The translations under genes and the position numbers were made by a program. Under the pieces are notes generated by a model. It searched no databases, was not told the DNA's origin, and was given only the letters and a program-made list of their open reading frames with translations. DNA of 64,000 nucleotides from Anaerotignum sp. (GTDB lineage: Bacteria > Bacteroidota > Bacteroidia > Bacteroidales > UBA932): contig CAVCDF010000108.1 of the NCBI GenBank assembly GCA_963600795.1, forward strand, positions 3,971 through 67,970. The letters are read 5' to 3'. Position 1 is the stretch's first letter. Every line of letters starts with the position of its first letter. Shown piece by piece: positions 45,177 through 53,874 of this stretch.

Positions 45177-47594
45177 CTAGAAATCGAATCCGACGCTCAG
45201 ATAGATGCCCACGTTGTTCGTGAAATCCGACCAGTGGACATTGGCGCTGACAGGGCCGATGATCGAGTTGTACGTGTACTGGAGACCGGCGCCGAAATAT
45301 TCGGTCACGTCTGAACCCCAGTTCTCGAATGCCGAGATTTCATTGCAGGTGAAGGATCCGTTCGCGGTGGCTGTCAGGTAGTTGTTCTTGAAGAGCCTGA
45401 AGCGGAGGTCGGTCCTGACCACGCCGAGAATCTTCTGCATCGCGGCAGCATTGTCGATTCCGATGAACGGAATCTGCTGGTCAAGATAGCGCCCGGTCAT
45501 GCTTCCGCCCATAGTGTTGGTGAACGGGACCGGAACTTCCTCTCCGATGAGATAACGGACATTCAGCGAAGGGATGAACGCAATGCGGTCCCCGCCGAGG
45601 ACACCCTTGGCATCGAACTGGACAGCGTGGAAATTGTTGAAGCTCTTCGGGCCGCCGCCGAAGACCCAGTCGTACGATATTCCGATCGACTTGCCGCGCG
45701 TCGGAATGTAGGAATTGTCGAACGAATCGTTCCTGCCGTTCACGAAGAACGAGACGTAGTCATTTGACAGCTGATTGACGTCATAGTCTCCGACGACCTG
45801 TTCTGCCATAAGGGAACTGACGTTGTAGTAGTCGTTCCTGATGCCGGTCTTGAAGAAGAACTTCGACCACCTGATGTTCGAGAGGTAGATTTCCTGCCGC
45901 ACGTCCAGAAAATTGATCCTGAACCTGTTGTCGCCTATGCTGAAAGTATTTCTGTCAGTGTAGCGTATTCCGGCCATCGCGTTGACCGTCATACCGCTCG
46001 GAGCGACGTAGGAGTAGACGAGGCTGGCTTTCGGATTGGACCCGACCCTGCCGGTGAAATCAAGGGAGGAACCCTGGATCTTGTGGACTCCCCAACCGAG
46101 GTTGACAAGGACGGAAACGATCTCTTCCGTGTCGAATCTGGCGCCGAGCCCCAGCTGGCAGACCGGTCCCTTCTTGCAGTTGAACTTCAGCCTGTAAGGT
46201 TCCTCATCGCCGAGAAGTTCATAGTTGACGTAGTCGAACGATCCGGTGCCGAATATGGTGGCGACTGCACTCTCTATGTCCTCGTTGCCCATCCTGGCAC
46301 CTGCACCGATTCCGATCTTGTTCATCAGATATAGGCTTTCCTTGTCATCGACACCGCTTATCTCCACTCCCGACACAAGCACTTTCCTCAGCCTGATGTC
46401 ATCGGCGGGATCATTGCGGACCTTATGCTTCACATTCCCGACGACGCCTTTTAGCGAGTCAAGCTGGGCGGAAACGGCGAGTGCGGCCTGATAGCCTCTG
46501 TGAATGATCGTGTCTATGCTCCTGTCATCGAAACTGAGCATATTGTACTCGTGCAGGTCCGGCTGGATGTTCACGTCAGGAATGTCGATGTTGGACTCGA
46601 AGGAGGTCCTTCCGAGCATATCGATTCCGGTGTTGATGATGTCGGCCAGGTTGTTGATCTGAGTGTAGTTCTTGTAGCCTTCAGACAGGTTCACCCCTAT
46701 CACTATGTCGGCCCCGACCTTCTTGGCCAGATCCGTAGGATAGTTGTTCCTCATTCCTCCGTCCACCAGCACCATACCGTCCACCCTCACGGGAGCGAAA
46801 AGGCCGGGGATGGACATCGTCGAGCGCAGGGCCGTGTTCAGCTTGCCCTTCGTCCAGATTTTGGCGGTGCCTGACACGAGGTCGGTGGCGACACAGAGAA
46901 AAGGAATCGGAAGGTCGTAGAAATCCGTCTCGTCCTGATAGCCTACCGAAAGGGAACTGAGAATGTTGTTGACATTCTGCCCGTACACCATTCCGGAAGG
47001 GAGGCTGCCCAGAAGATTGTCCTTGACCATATTGGTCGCATCGGAATTCCCTGCACCGAAATGCAGGTCGTCCGACCTGCGGACATAGCTGTCGCCGTCC
47101 TTCACCATATCGATGAAATCTTTCCTGTCATAGAAGAACGGAAATGACAGGGCATATTTCTCCTTGTACTTGATTGTCGAATATGACAGATGCTCGCGCG
47201 GGACCTTGTCGCTGAGCGCAAGGTTCCAGTCTATGCTCCTGAGCAGCGAGTCCATCTGGTCGGAATTGTAGCCGAGAGCGTATATTCCTCCGACCAGACC
47301 GCCCATGCTCGTGCCCATCACGATGTCGACAGGCATCCCGATGGATTCAAGGTACCTTATCACGCCGACGTGCGCGGCGCCTTTGGCACCGCCCCCGCTC
47401 AGCACCAGGGCCACCGTCGGACGGTGTTCCTTTCTACGGATGGAGTCAAGTTTCGCCTTTATCTTCCAGACCCGCAGGTCACGCGCCTCACGTCCCTCGT
47501 CGATCCGGGCGTGGCGTGACTGGGAATATGCGGGGAATATGGAAGCAATGACCAGAAGCGATGAAGCGATCAGTTTTGTCAATGCCGTTTTCAT
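45177..47594 (-). CDS. Patatin-like phospholipase with POTRA and beta-barrel (PlpD/type Vd-like)
   Basis: Signal peptide; GGGAKG, GTSMG and DGG; C-terminal barrel signature YLSVGFDF. Confidence 0.85.
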   Translation of the reverse strand: MKTALTKLIASSLLVIASIFPAYSQSRHARIDEGREARDLRVWKIKAKLDSIRRKEHRPTVALVLSGGGAKGAAHVGVIRYLESIGMPVDIVMGTSMGGLVGGIYALGYNSDQMDSLLRSIDWNLALSDKVPREHLSYSTIKYKEKYALSFPFFYDRKDFIDMVKDGDSYVRRSDDLHFGAGNSDATNMVKDNLLGSLPSGMVYGQNVNNILSSLSVGYQDETDFYDLPIPFLCVATDLVSGTAKIWTKGKLNTALRSTMSIPGLFAPVRVDGMVLVDGGMRNNYPTDLAKKVGADIVIGVNLSEGYKNYTQINNLADIINTGIDMLGRTSFESNIDIPDVNIQPDLHEYNMLSFDDRSIDTIIHRGYQAALAVSAQLDSLKGVVGNVKHKVRNDPADDIRLRKVLVSGVEISGVDDKESLYLMNKIGIGAGARMGNEDIESAVATIFGTGSFDYVNYELLGDEEPYRLKFNCKKGPVCQLGLGARFDTEEIVSVLVNLGWGVHKIQGSSLDFTGRVGSNPKASLVYSYVAPSGMTVNAMAGIRYTDRNTFSIGDNRFRINFLDVRQEIYLSNIRWSKFFFKTGIRNDYYNVSSLMAEQVVGDYDVNQLSNDYVSFFVNGRNDSFDNSYIPTRGKSIGISYDWVFGGGPKSFNNFHAVQFDAKGVLGGDRIAFIPSLNVRYLIGEEVPVPFTNTMGGSMTGRYLDQQIPFIGIDNAAAMQKILGVVRTDLRFRLFKNNYLTATANGSFTCNEISAFENWGSDVTEYFGAGLQYTYNSIIGPVSANVHWSDFTNNVGIYLSVGFDF

Positions 47595-47610
47595 AGCCGG
47601 ATGTTTGTTC

Positions 47611-48639
47611 TCAGATGTTGATTGTTTTCTTGTGTTCGCCGGCAAGCAGGCCGCAGGCCGCCAGTATGTCCTCGCCCCTGGAGGCCCTTATGGTGCAGGT
47701 GATGCCGTTGGAAGACAGCCTGTCGCGGAATTTTTCCATAACGACCTGCGGCGAGGTGCGGTACGGAGCGTCCGGGATGCTGTGGAACCGGATCAGGTTT
47801 ACCCTGCATTCCAGTCCGCGCAGGAGCCTGATCACGGCGTCCGCGTGCTTCTTGTCGTCATTCAGCCCCGCGAACATTATGTACTCGAAGCTGACGCGGC
47901 GCTGTCCCGTGAAATCATATTCACGGAGAATGTCGATGGTCTCCTCCACCGGCCAGGCTTTCTGGACCGGCATAAGTTCCGCCCTCTCTTCAGGGAAAGG
48001 GCTGTGGAGGCTGACCGCTACGTGGCAGCGTGTGCCGTCAAGATATCTCCTCAGGTTCGGGATGTGTCCGATGGTGGAAAGCGTTATCCTCTTCGGACTC
48101 CAGGCGAAACCCCAGTCCGCGGTAAGCACGTCTATCGCGCGCATCACGTTGTCCAGGTTGTCCAGCGGTTCGCCCATCCCCATAAAGACGGCGTTGGTCA
48201 GTTCAGGGGCTTCATCGACGGCTATGAACTGCGAAAGGATCTGCGCCGCCGTGAGGTTGCCGTGGAATCCCTGGCGTCCGGTCATGCAGAATCTGCAGCC
48301 CATTCTGCAACCTGCCTGCGAAGACACGCAGAGGGTCTTCCTGTCCTCGCCGGGGATCATCACCGCCTCGACAGATTCAGTCTCGCCGACAGGGAAAAGG
48401 TACTTCCTGGTGCCGTCGACGGATGTCTGGCTGCCTGAAGGAAGCGTGACTCCGAGGCTGAAAACCTGTGAAAGCTTCTCCCTTCCGGCCTTGGAGATGT
48501 TCGTCATCCCGTCGAATGTGCGGACTTTTTTCCCGTAGAGCCATTGAGCGAGCTGTTTGCCGGCAAAAGCCGGCAGACCTGCGGACAATGCCGCCGCCTT
48601 GAGTTCTTCAGGAGTCTTTCCGAGCAGTTCTTCACGCAT
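47611..48639 (-). CDS. rlmN: 23S rRNA m2A2503 radical-SAM methyltransferase
   Basis: CVSSQAGCRMGCRFC, FMGMGEP, RGEDILAACG. Confidence 0.95.
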   Translation of the reverse strand: MREELLGKTPEELKAAALSAGLPAFAGKQLAQWLYGKKVRTFDGMTNISKAGREKLSQVFSLGVTLPSGSQTSVDGTRKYLFPVGETESVEAVMIPGEDRKTLCVSSQAGCRMGCRFCMTGRQGFHGNLTAAQILSQFIAVDEAPELTNAVFMGMGEPLDNLDNVMRAIDVLTADWGFAWSPKRITLSTIGHIPNLRRYLDGTRCHVAVSLHSPFPEERAELMPVQKAWPVEETIDILREYDFTGQRRVSFEYIMFAGLNDDKKHADAVIRLLRGLECRVNLIRFHSIPDAPYRTSPQVVMEKFRDRLSSNGITCTIRASRGEDILAACGLLAGEHKKTINI

Positions 48640-48773
48640 AGCAACCAAGTTTTTCTACCGCCCGCAAAATTAGTGAAAAATAATGTCAGAATAGCGGAAG
48701 ATTTAATATCTTTGCGACAAAGGCGACATCTTTTTCGCCACGATAACATTATATTCTATATTCTTTAAACATT

Positions 48774-49790
48774 ATGGCAAAAGAGGCAGAGGCAAAGGCC
48801 GCAGACATCAACGCCGCCAAACTCAAGGCGCTGCAGGCCACGATCGACAAGATTGAGAAAGATTATGGGAAAGGGACGATCATGAAGCTGGGAGAGCAGC
48901 CACAATGGGACGTGCAGGTCATTCCGAGCGGTTCCGTAGCGCTTGACCACGCTCTCGGAATCGGGGGATATCCTCGTGGAAGAATCGTTGAAATCTACGG
49001 TCCGGAATCCAGCGGCAAGACCACGCTGGCGATCCACGCGATAGCGGAAGCCCAGAAGCAGGGCGGAATCGCTGCGATGATCGATGCTGAACACGCATTC
49101 GACAGGACTTACGCAAAAGCGCTGGGAGTCAATCTAGAGACACTCCTCATTTCACAGCCGGACAACGGCGAGCAGGCTCTTGAGATAGCCGACAACCTGA
49201 TCCGCTCCGGCGCGATCGACATCGTGGTCGTCGACTCTGTGGCCGCGCTGACTCCTAAGGGAGAAATGGGAGACAACAAGGTCGGACTTCAGGCAAGGCT
49301 GATGAGCCAGGCTCTGAGAAAGCTGACCGCCAACATCTCGAAGACCAACACCTGCTGCATATTCATCAACCAGCTGCGCGAGAAGATCGGCGTGATGTTC
49401 GGCAATCCGGAGACTACGACCGGAGGCAACGCCCTCAAGTTCTATGCGTCTGTCCGCATCGACGTGCGCAAGACAACCCAGCTGAAGGACGGCGAAGAAG
49501 CCCTCGGCAACCGCACCAGAGTCAAGGTGGTCAAGAACAAGATGGCCCCTCCTTTCAAGAAGGCCGAGTTCGACATCGTGTTCGGTGAAGGAATATCCCA
49601 CGCTGGAGAAGTCGTAGATCTCGGTGTCGAGTACGGAATCGTGGGCAAGAGCGGTTCCTGGTTCAGCTACGGCGACCAGAAGCTTGCGCAGGGGCGTGAA
49701 GCCACCAAGCAACTCCTAAAAGACAACCCGGAACTCTGCGACGAAATCGAAGCTAAGATCCGGGAAGCTCTCAAGAACGTGAAGGACTAG
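48774..49790 (+). CDS. recA: Recombinase RecA with a 4-aa deletion at loop L1
   Basis: [41 protein letters not shown]. Promoter -7 TATCTTTG at 48707. Confidence 0.97.
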   Translation: MAKEAEAKAADINAAKLKALQATIDKIEKDYGKGTIMKLGEQPQWDVQVIPSGSVALDHALGIGGYPRGRIVEIYGPESSGKTTLAIHAIAEAQKQGGIAAMIDAEHAFDRTYAKALGVNLETLLISQPDNGEQALEIADNLIRSGAIDIVVVDSVAALTPKGEMGDNKVGLQARLMSQALRKLTANISKTNTCCIFINQLREKIGVMFGNPETTTGGNALKFYASVRIDVRKTTQLKDGEEALGNRTRVKVVKNKMAPPFKKAEFDIVFGEGISHAGEVVDLGVEYGIVGKSGSWFSYGDQKLAQGREATKQLLKDNPELCDEIEAKIREALKNVKD

Positions 49791-50365
49791 CGCTCCTTTC
49801 CCTCAGACACGGCTTTGTTGTAGCATTCACGGCACAAGGGCTCGTAGGCATCCTTTTCACCGAGGACTACGAGTTCCGTGCTGTGTGAAAGCCTGTGGGA
49901 ATGGTTGGCGAGACTGCCGCACCTCACGCAGATCGCGTGGACCTTCCTGACCTCCTCGGCGACGGCCATCAGATAAGGCATAGGGCCGAACGGCTTGCCG
50001 AGATAATCGGTGTCAAGTCCGGCGATGATCACCCGTACTCCCCTGTCGGCAAGTTCCTGCGCTACATCGACAAGCGACATGTCGTAGAACTGCGCCTCGT
50101 CGATTCCGACGACCTGGACATCCGGTCCCACGGCAAGCATTTCCTTCGGATCCTTCACGGCGTGGCAGGGAATCTTGTGGAAGTCGTGCGAAACCACATC
50201 GTCCTCGGCATATCTGGTGTCAATAGTAGGCTTGAATATCTCTATCCTGAGATTGGCGAACTTCGCCCTTCTGATCCTGCGGATGAGTTCTTCGGTCTTT
50301 CCCGAGAACATCGAACCGCAGATGACCTCAATACATCCGGTTTTTTTTATGTTTTCTGAAAACAT
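49787..50365 (-). CDS. tdk: Thymidine kinase
   Basis: [25 protein letters not shown]...YEPLCREC. Confidence 0.95.
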   Translation of the reverse strand: MFSENIKKTGCIEVICGSMFSGKTEELIRRIRRAKFANLRIEIFKPTIDTRYAEDDVVSHDFHKIPCHAVKDPKEMLAVGPDVQVVGIDEAQFYDMSLVDVAQELADRGVRVIIAGLDTDYLGKPFGPMPYLMAVAEEVRKVHAICVRCGSLANHSHRLSHSTELVVLGEKDAYEPLCRECYNKAVSEGKER

Positions 50366-50416
50366 TTCGTTAGATTTGTTGAATTAAAACATTTCTCTCA
50401 CAAAGATAGAGTTTTT

Positions 50417-51283
50417 ATGGGAAATATCGATGAAAAGGCGATTGCCGCTCTGCTCGGAAAGATCGCCGGAATAAGAGCCGGACTGGAAGCTCTTGAAAAT
50501 GAAATAAAGGCTCTCGGTTCAGCCGTTTCCGCCCCGGAGACGGACGTTCCGGCACAGGAATATCCTCAGGCAGGACCTGCGGCAGCCGCTACGGAAACAT
50601 CAGAACCGGCAGTCGAAGAGATCGTTGCTGAAGAACCGGAGGACGAGACACCTATCGACATTTCAATTTCCGATTCCGACCTGACGTCCGGTGCATATGA
50701 AATGCCGGCAGAAGAGCCTGTCACCGTGGAAAACGGAGATTCCGTCGTTTCCGAAACCGGAGAGCAGGAGCAGGAACAGGAGCAGGAACAGCCGGAAGCC
50801 GCAGAGGAACCGGACTGGACGGAAGAGCCTCAGCCTGAAGCGGCACAGCCTTCCGAAGTCCAGCCGCAGGTGCAGGCGGAAGACGACCTGCCGTTCGGCG
50901 ATGATGACCTACCGGACGAGTCTGCCGCCCCGGCAGCGAAACCGGAACCGAAGCAGAAAAGGCGCAAGGCCGTTCTGGACAGCGCCAAGGCTGAAACTGC
51001 GGTTATGGACGTGCTGGCCGACAAACAGGCCTGGCGCACCGACCGTCCCGGTTCCACAGTCAAGAATGTCATCAGCGCCATCTCACTCAACGACAGGGTG
51101 CTTCTCATCAACGTGCTCTTCCGTGAGGATCCGGTTCTCTTTCAGAACACGATAGCCGCTTTCAACGCGATGTCCTCCCTGGATGAAGCGGTCGGACACA
51201 TCCGCACCAACTTCCCTGAATGGGACCTGAATTCCGAGCCGGTCTACAGGCTTATGATGGCGGTCCGCAGGAAACTCGGCTGA
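50417..51283 (+). CDS. Hypothetical protein: N-terminal coiled coil, acidic Pro/Glu linker, helical C-terminal domain
   Basis: Composition; C-terminal ISLNDR...LF...WD...VRRK; (EQ)n microrepeat at 50762-50791. Confidence 0.75.
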   Translation: MGNIDEKAIAALLGKIAGIRAGLEALENEIKALGSAVSAPETDVPAQEYPQAGPAAAATETSEPAVEEIVAEEPEDETPIDISISDSDLTSGAYEMPAEEPVTVENGDSVVSETGEQEQEQEQEQPEAAEEPDWTEEPQPEAAQPSEVQPQVQAEDDLPFGDDDLPDESAAPAAKPEPKQKRRKAVLDSAKAETAVMDVLADKQAWRTDRPGSTVKNVISAISLNDRVLLINVLFREDPVLFQNTIAAFNAMSSLDEAVGHIRTNFPEWDLNSEPVYRLMMAVRRKLG

Positions 51284-51301
51284 AACTGACGGCACCGGTC
51301 T

Positions 51302-52018
51302 ATGGCAGGAATCCTGTACATCGTGCCGACCCCGGTCGGCAATCTTGACGATATGACTTTCAGGGCCGTCCAGGTCCTGAAAGACGCCGACCTGATTCTC
51401 GCGGAAGACACCCGGACAAGCAGCGTGCTCCTGCACCGCTACGACATCCGCGGCAAACTCCAGTCGCACCACAAGTTCAACGAACACCAGACGGTGGAAG
51501 TCATCAAGGAAAGAATCCTCGGAGGCCTGAACGTCGCTCTTATCAGCGATGCCGGCACTCCGGGAATATCCGACCCCGGCTTCCTGCTCGTGAGGACCTG
51601 CGCTGCCGAAGGAATTGAGGTCCAGACACTTCCCGGAGCCACCGCCTGCATTCCGGCGATAGTCTCTTCGGGACTTCCCTGCGACAGGTTCTGTTTCGAA
51701 GGATTTCTTCCGGTCAAGAAAGGAAGGCAGACTATGCTCAGGAGCCTTGCCCTCGAACCAAGGACGATGGTCTTCTACGAATCCCCCTACCGGCTCGTGA
51801 AGACGCTGGAACAGTTCGCGGAATATTTCGGGCCTCAGAGGGAATGCTCCGTAGCCCGGGAAATCTCCAAGATCCACGAAGAGCACAAGCGCGGGACTCT
51901 TGAGGAAGTCACGCTCTGGTACAAAGAGCACGAGCCCAAGGGGGAGATCGTCATAGTCGTGGCAGGAGCCCCTCCGGAGAAAAAGAAGCAGGAGAATGAA
52001 GCCGACGGGCAACCCTGA
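51302..52018 (+). CDS. rsmI: 16S rRNA C1402 2'-O-methyltransferase
   Basis: PTPVGNLDD, AEDTR, SDAGTPGISDPG, FEGFLP, YESPYR, REISK. Confidence 0.95.
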   Translation: MAGILYIVPTPVGNLDDMTFRAVQVLKDADLILAEDTRTSSVLLHRYDIRGKLQSHHKFNEHQTVEVIKERILGGLNVALISDAGTPGISDPGFLLVRTCAAEGIEVQTLPGATACIPAIVSSGLPCDRFCFEGFLPVKKGRQTMLRSLALEPRTMVFYESPYRLVKTLEQFAEYFGPQRECSVAREISKIHEEHKRGTLEEVTLWYKEHEPKGEIVIVVAGAPPEKKKQENEADGQP

Positions 52019-52049
52019 ACAATAACTGACAACCCTGAACAATCAATGA
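52010..52049. repeat. 20-bp tandem duplication spanning the rsmI stop
   Basis: caaccctgaacaataactga / caaccctgaacaatcaatga. Confidence 0.85.
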
Positions 52050-52053
52050 ATAT

Positions 52054-53025
52054 ATGGAAAACTCAAAGAAGAAGGACGGAAAACCGTCCGCATCGTTCGT
52101 CATCGGGGCGGTCGCCCTGCTGTTTCTCATCATAGGCTACCAGGCGGCCCTTTTCATCCACAAGGCCGCAGTCGCACGCATCATCGCGAATCACGACAGC
52201 CCGGACACCGTCTTTGTCCGGCAGACGGACACTGAATCCGCCGGCCGGACAGCGCACGGCGGCACCGCACGCTTCCCTGCCGGGAACGCGGCGGGAGGAG
52301 TCGCGAAGAAACAACCTGGCAGACCCGAAGCCAGAGAAAACGCAGGACAGGCCGTAACACGAAGGAATTCAGAGCATTCTGTAGAAGCGACGGCAATCAG
52401 GCGCAGCAACGCTCCGAGACGGTACGAATGCTTCAGGTTTGACCCCAACACCGCAGGGATCGATGACCTTATGCGCCTGGGATTTTCCCTCAAGCAGGCC
52501 GAGTCGATTGACAACTACAGGAAGAAAGGCGGAAGATTCCGGCGCAAAAGCGATTTCGCGAAATCCTACGTGGTCGAGGATTCCGTCTATGCAAGGCTTG
52601 AAAAGTACATAGACATTCCCAGGCTGGACATCAATTCCGCCGACTCGGTCCAGTTCCTGTCCCTTCCGGGAATCGGAAAGTTCTTCGCCGGGAAAATGGT
52701 GGAACAGCGGGAAAAGCTTGGAGGATATTCATCCATCGAGCAGCTGATGGACATCTGGCACTTCGACCAGGAGAAGTTCGACGGGCTGAAGGACCTTATC
52801 GAAGCGGACACGACAGGAGTGCAGGCATATTCATTATGGACACTCCCCGAGAAGGAACTCGCCAAGCACCCCTACATAGGCTGGCGGGCGGCTAAAGGTA
52901 TCGTGCTTTTCCGGGAGAACTCGCCTAAGGAGGACTGGACAGTCGAAAATCTTGTGAAAGCTGGGATTCTTGAGCCGGGGAAAGGGGAAAAGCTCAGCCG
53001 CTGCCGGATAAGAAAGCCTGAATGA
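52054..53025 (+). CDS. Membrane-anchored multi-HhH DNA-binding protein (ComEA-like)
   Basis: N-terminal TM segment; FDPNTA...LG, LDINSADS..LSLPGIG...REKLGGY, HPYIG. Confidence 0.82.
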   Translation: MENSKKKDGKPSASFVIGAVALLFLIIGYQAALFIHKAAVARIIANHDSPDTVFVRQTDTESAGRTAHGGTARFPAGNAAGGVAKKQPGRPEARENAGQAVTRRNSEHSVEATAIRRSNAPRRYECFRFDPNTAGIDDLMRLGFSLKQAESIDNYRKKGGRFRRKSDFAKSYVVEDSVYARLEKYIDIPRLDINSADSVQFLSLPGIGKFFAGKMVEQREKLGGYSSIEQLMDIWHFDQEKFDGLKDLIEADTTGVQAYSLWTLPEKELAKHPYIGWRAAKGIVLFRENSPKEDWTVENLVKAGILEPGKGEKLSRCRIRKPE

Positions 53026-53056
53026 ACTTCCGCCGACACGTCCTGCTCTCTCACCT

Positions 53057-53575
53057 TCAAGACTGTGGCCGGCTCCGTTGTTCTGAGGATTCCGGAAGGC
53101 CGTCGTAAGAGCCTGCGGAGCGGAGTAGGGCTTCGCAGGCGGAGAGGATGTCCTGGAAGGTTTTCTCGAAATCACCTGTGTACCAAGGATCCGCGACATC
53201 GCGGCCGGAGCCTGTGCAGGACATCAGCAGATGGATTTTGTCCTCCGGATCGGCTGCGATTATGCGGCGGATCCAGCGCAAGTTGCCGCTGTCCATACAG
53301 AAGATGCGGTCGAAGCGGTCATAGTCGGAGGCCGTGACGGTGCGGGCGGTCTTTGCTGAATCGAAGCGGACACCGTGCTGGGTCAGGCATCTTTTTGCCG
53401 GCGGGTAGATGGGGTTCCCGTATTCCTCGTCGGAGACGGCGGCCGACTCGATGTAGTACCGGTCCGACTCTCCCCTCGCCTGCACAAGGGCTTTCATTAT
53501 GAATTCTGCCATCGGACTCCTGCAGATGTTCCCGTGGCAGACAAAAAGAATTTTTCTTATCTCGTTATCAATCAT
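53057..53575 (-). CDS. Low-molecular-weight protein-tyrosine phosphatase
   Basis: FVCHGNICRSPMAE and VADPWY. Confidence 0.93.
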   Translation of the reverse strand: MIDNEIRKILFVCHGNICRSPMAEFIMKALVQARGESDRYYIESAAVSDEEYGNPIYPPAKRCLTQHGVRFDSAKTARTVTASDYDRFDRIFCMDSGNLRWIRRIIAADPEDKIHLLMSCTGSGRDVADPWYTGDFEKTFQDILSACEALLRSAGSYDGLPESSEQRSRPQS

Positions 53576-53874
53576 ATTCTTACAATTGCCTCAAAAATAT
53601 CGGTTGACATTGTGGTTGACATTTATGATGTCGTTTCTTCCCCACTTTTCCCGACAAAAATAGTCATTCCAATCGACTTACAGAACTTTTCGGACTTTTA
53701 GAGAGATACAACAGAACTGCCCAGTGGGAAGTGTCCAAGGACGGGTTTCCTGGACTGTAGCTGAACTTTGTGGCGGCAGGAAGCACGAATTTAGCGGCTA
53801 TTTTGTAATTTTACATTTTTCATCCCGAATCTATCCTGACCAAAGGCAAGGATGATATATTGAAATTACTCTAT

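Noticed and set aside
53700..53800. Cobalamin or TPP riboswitch before susC
   Set aside because: GGGAAG is present, but the other conserved B12 elements and the TPP CTGAGA core are not.
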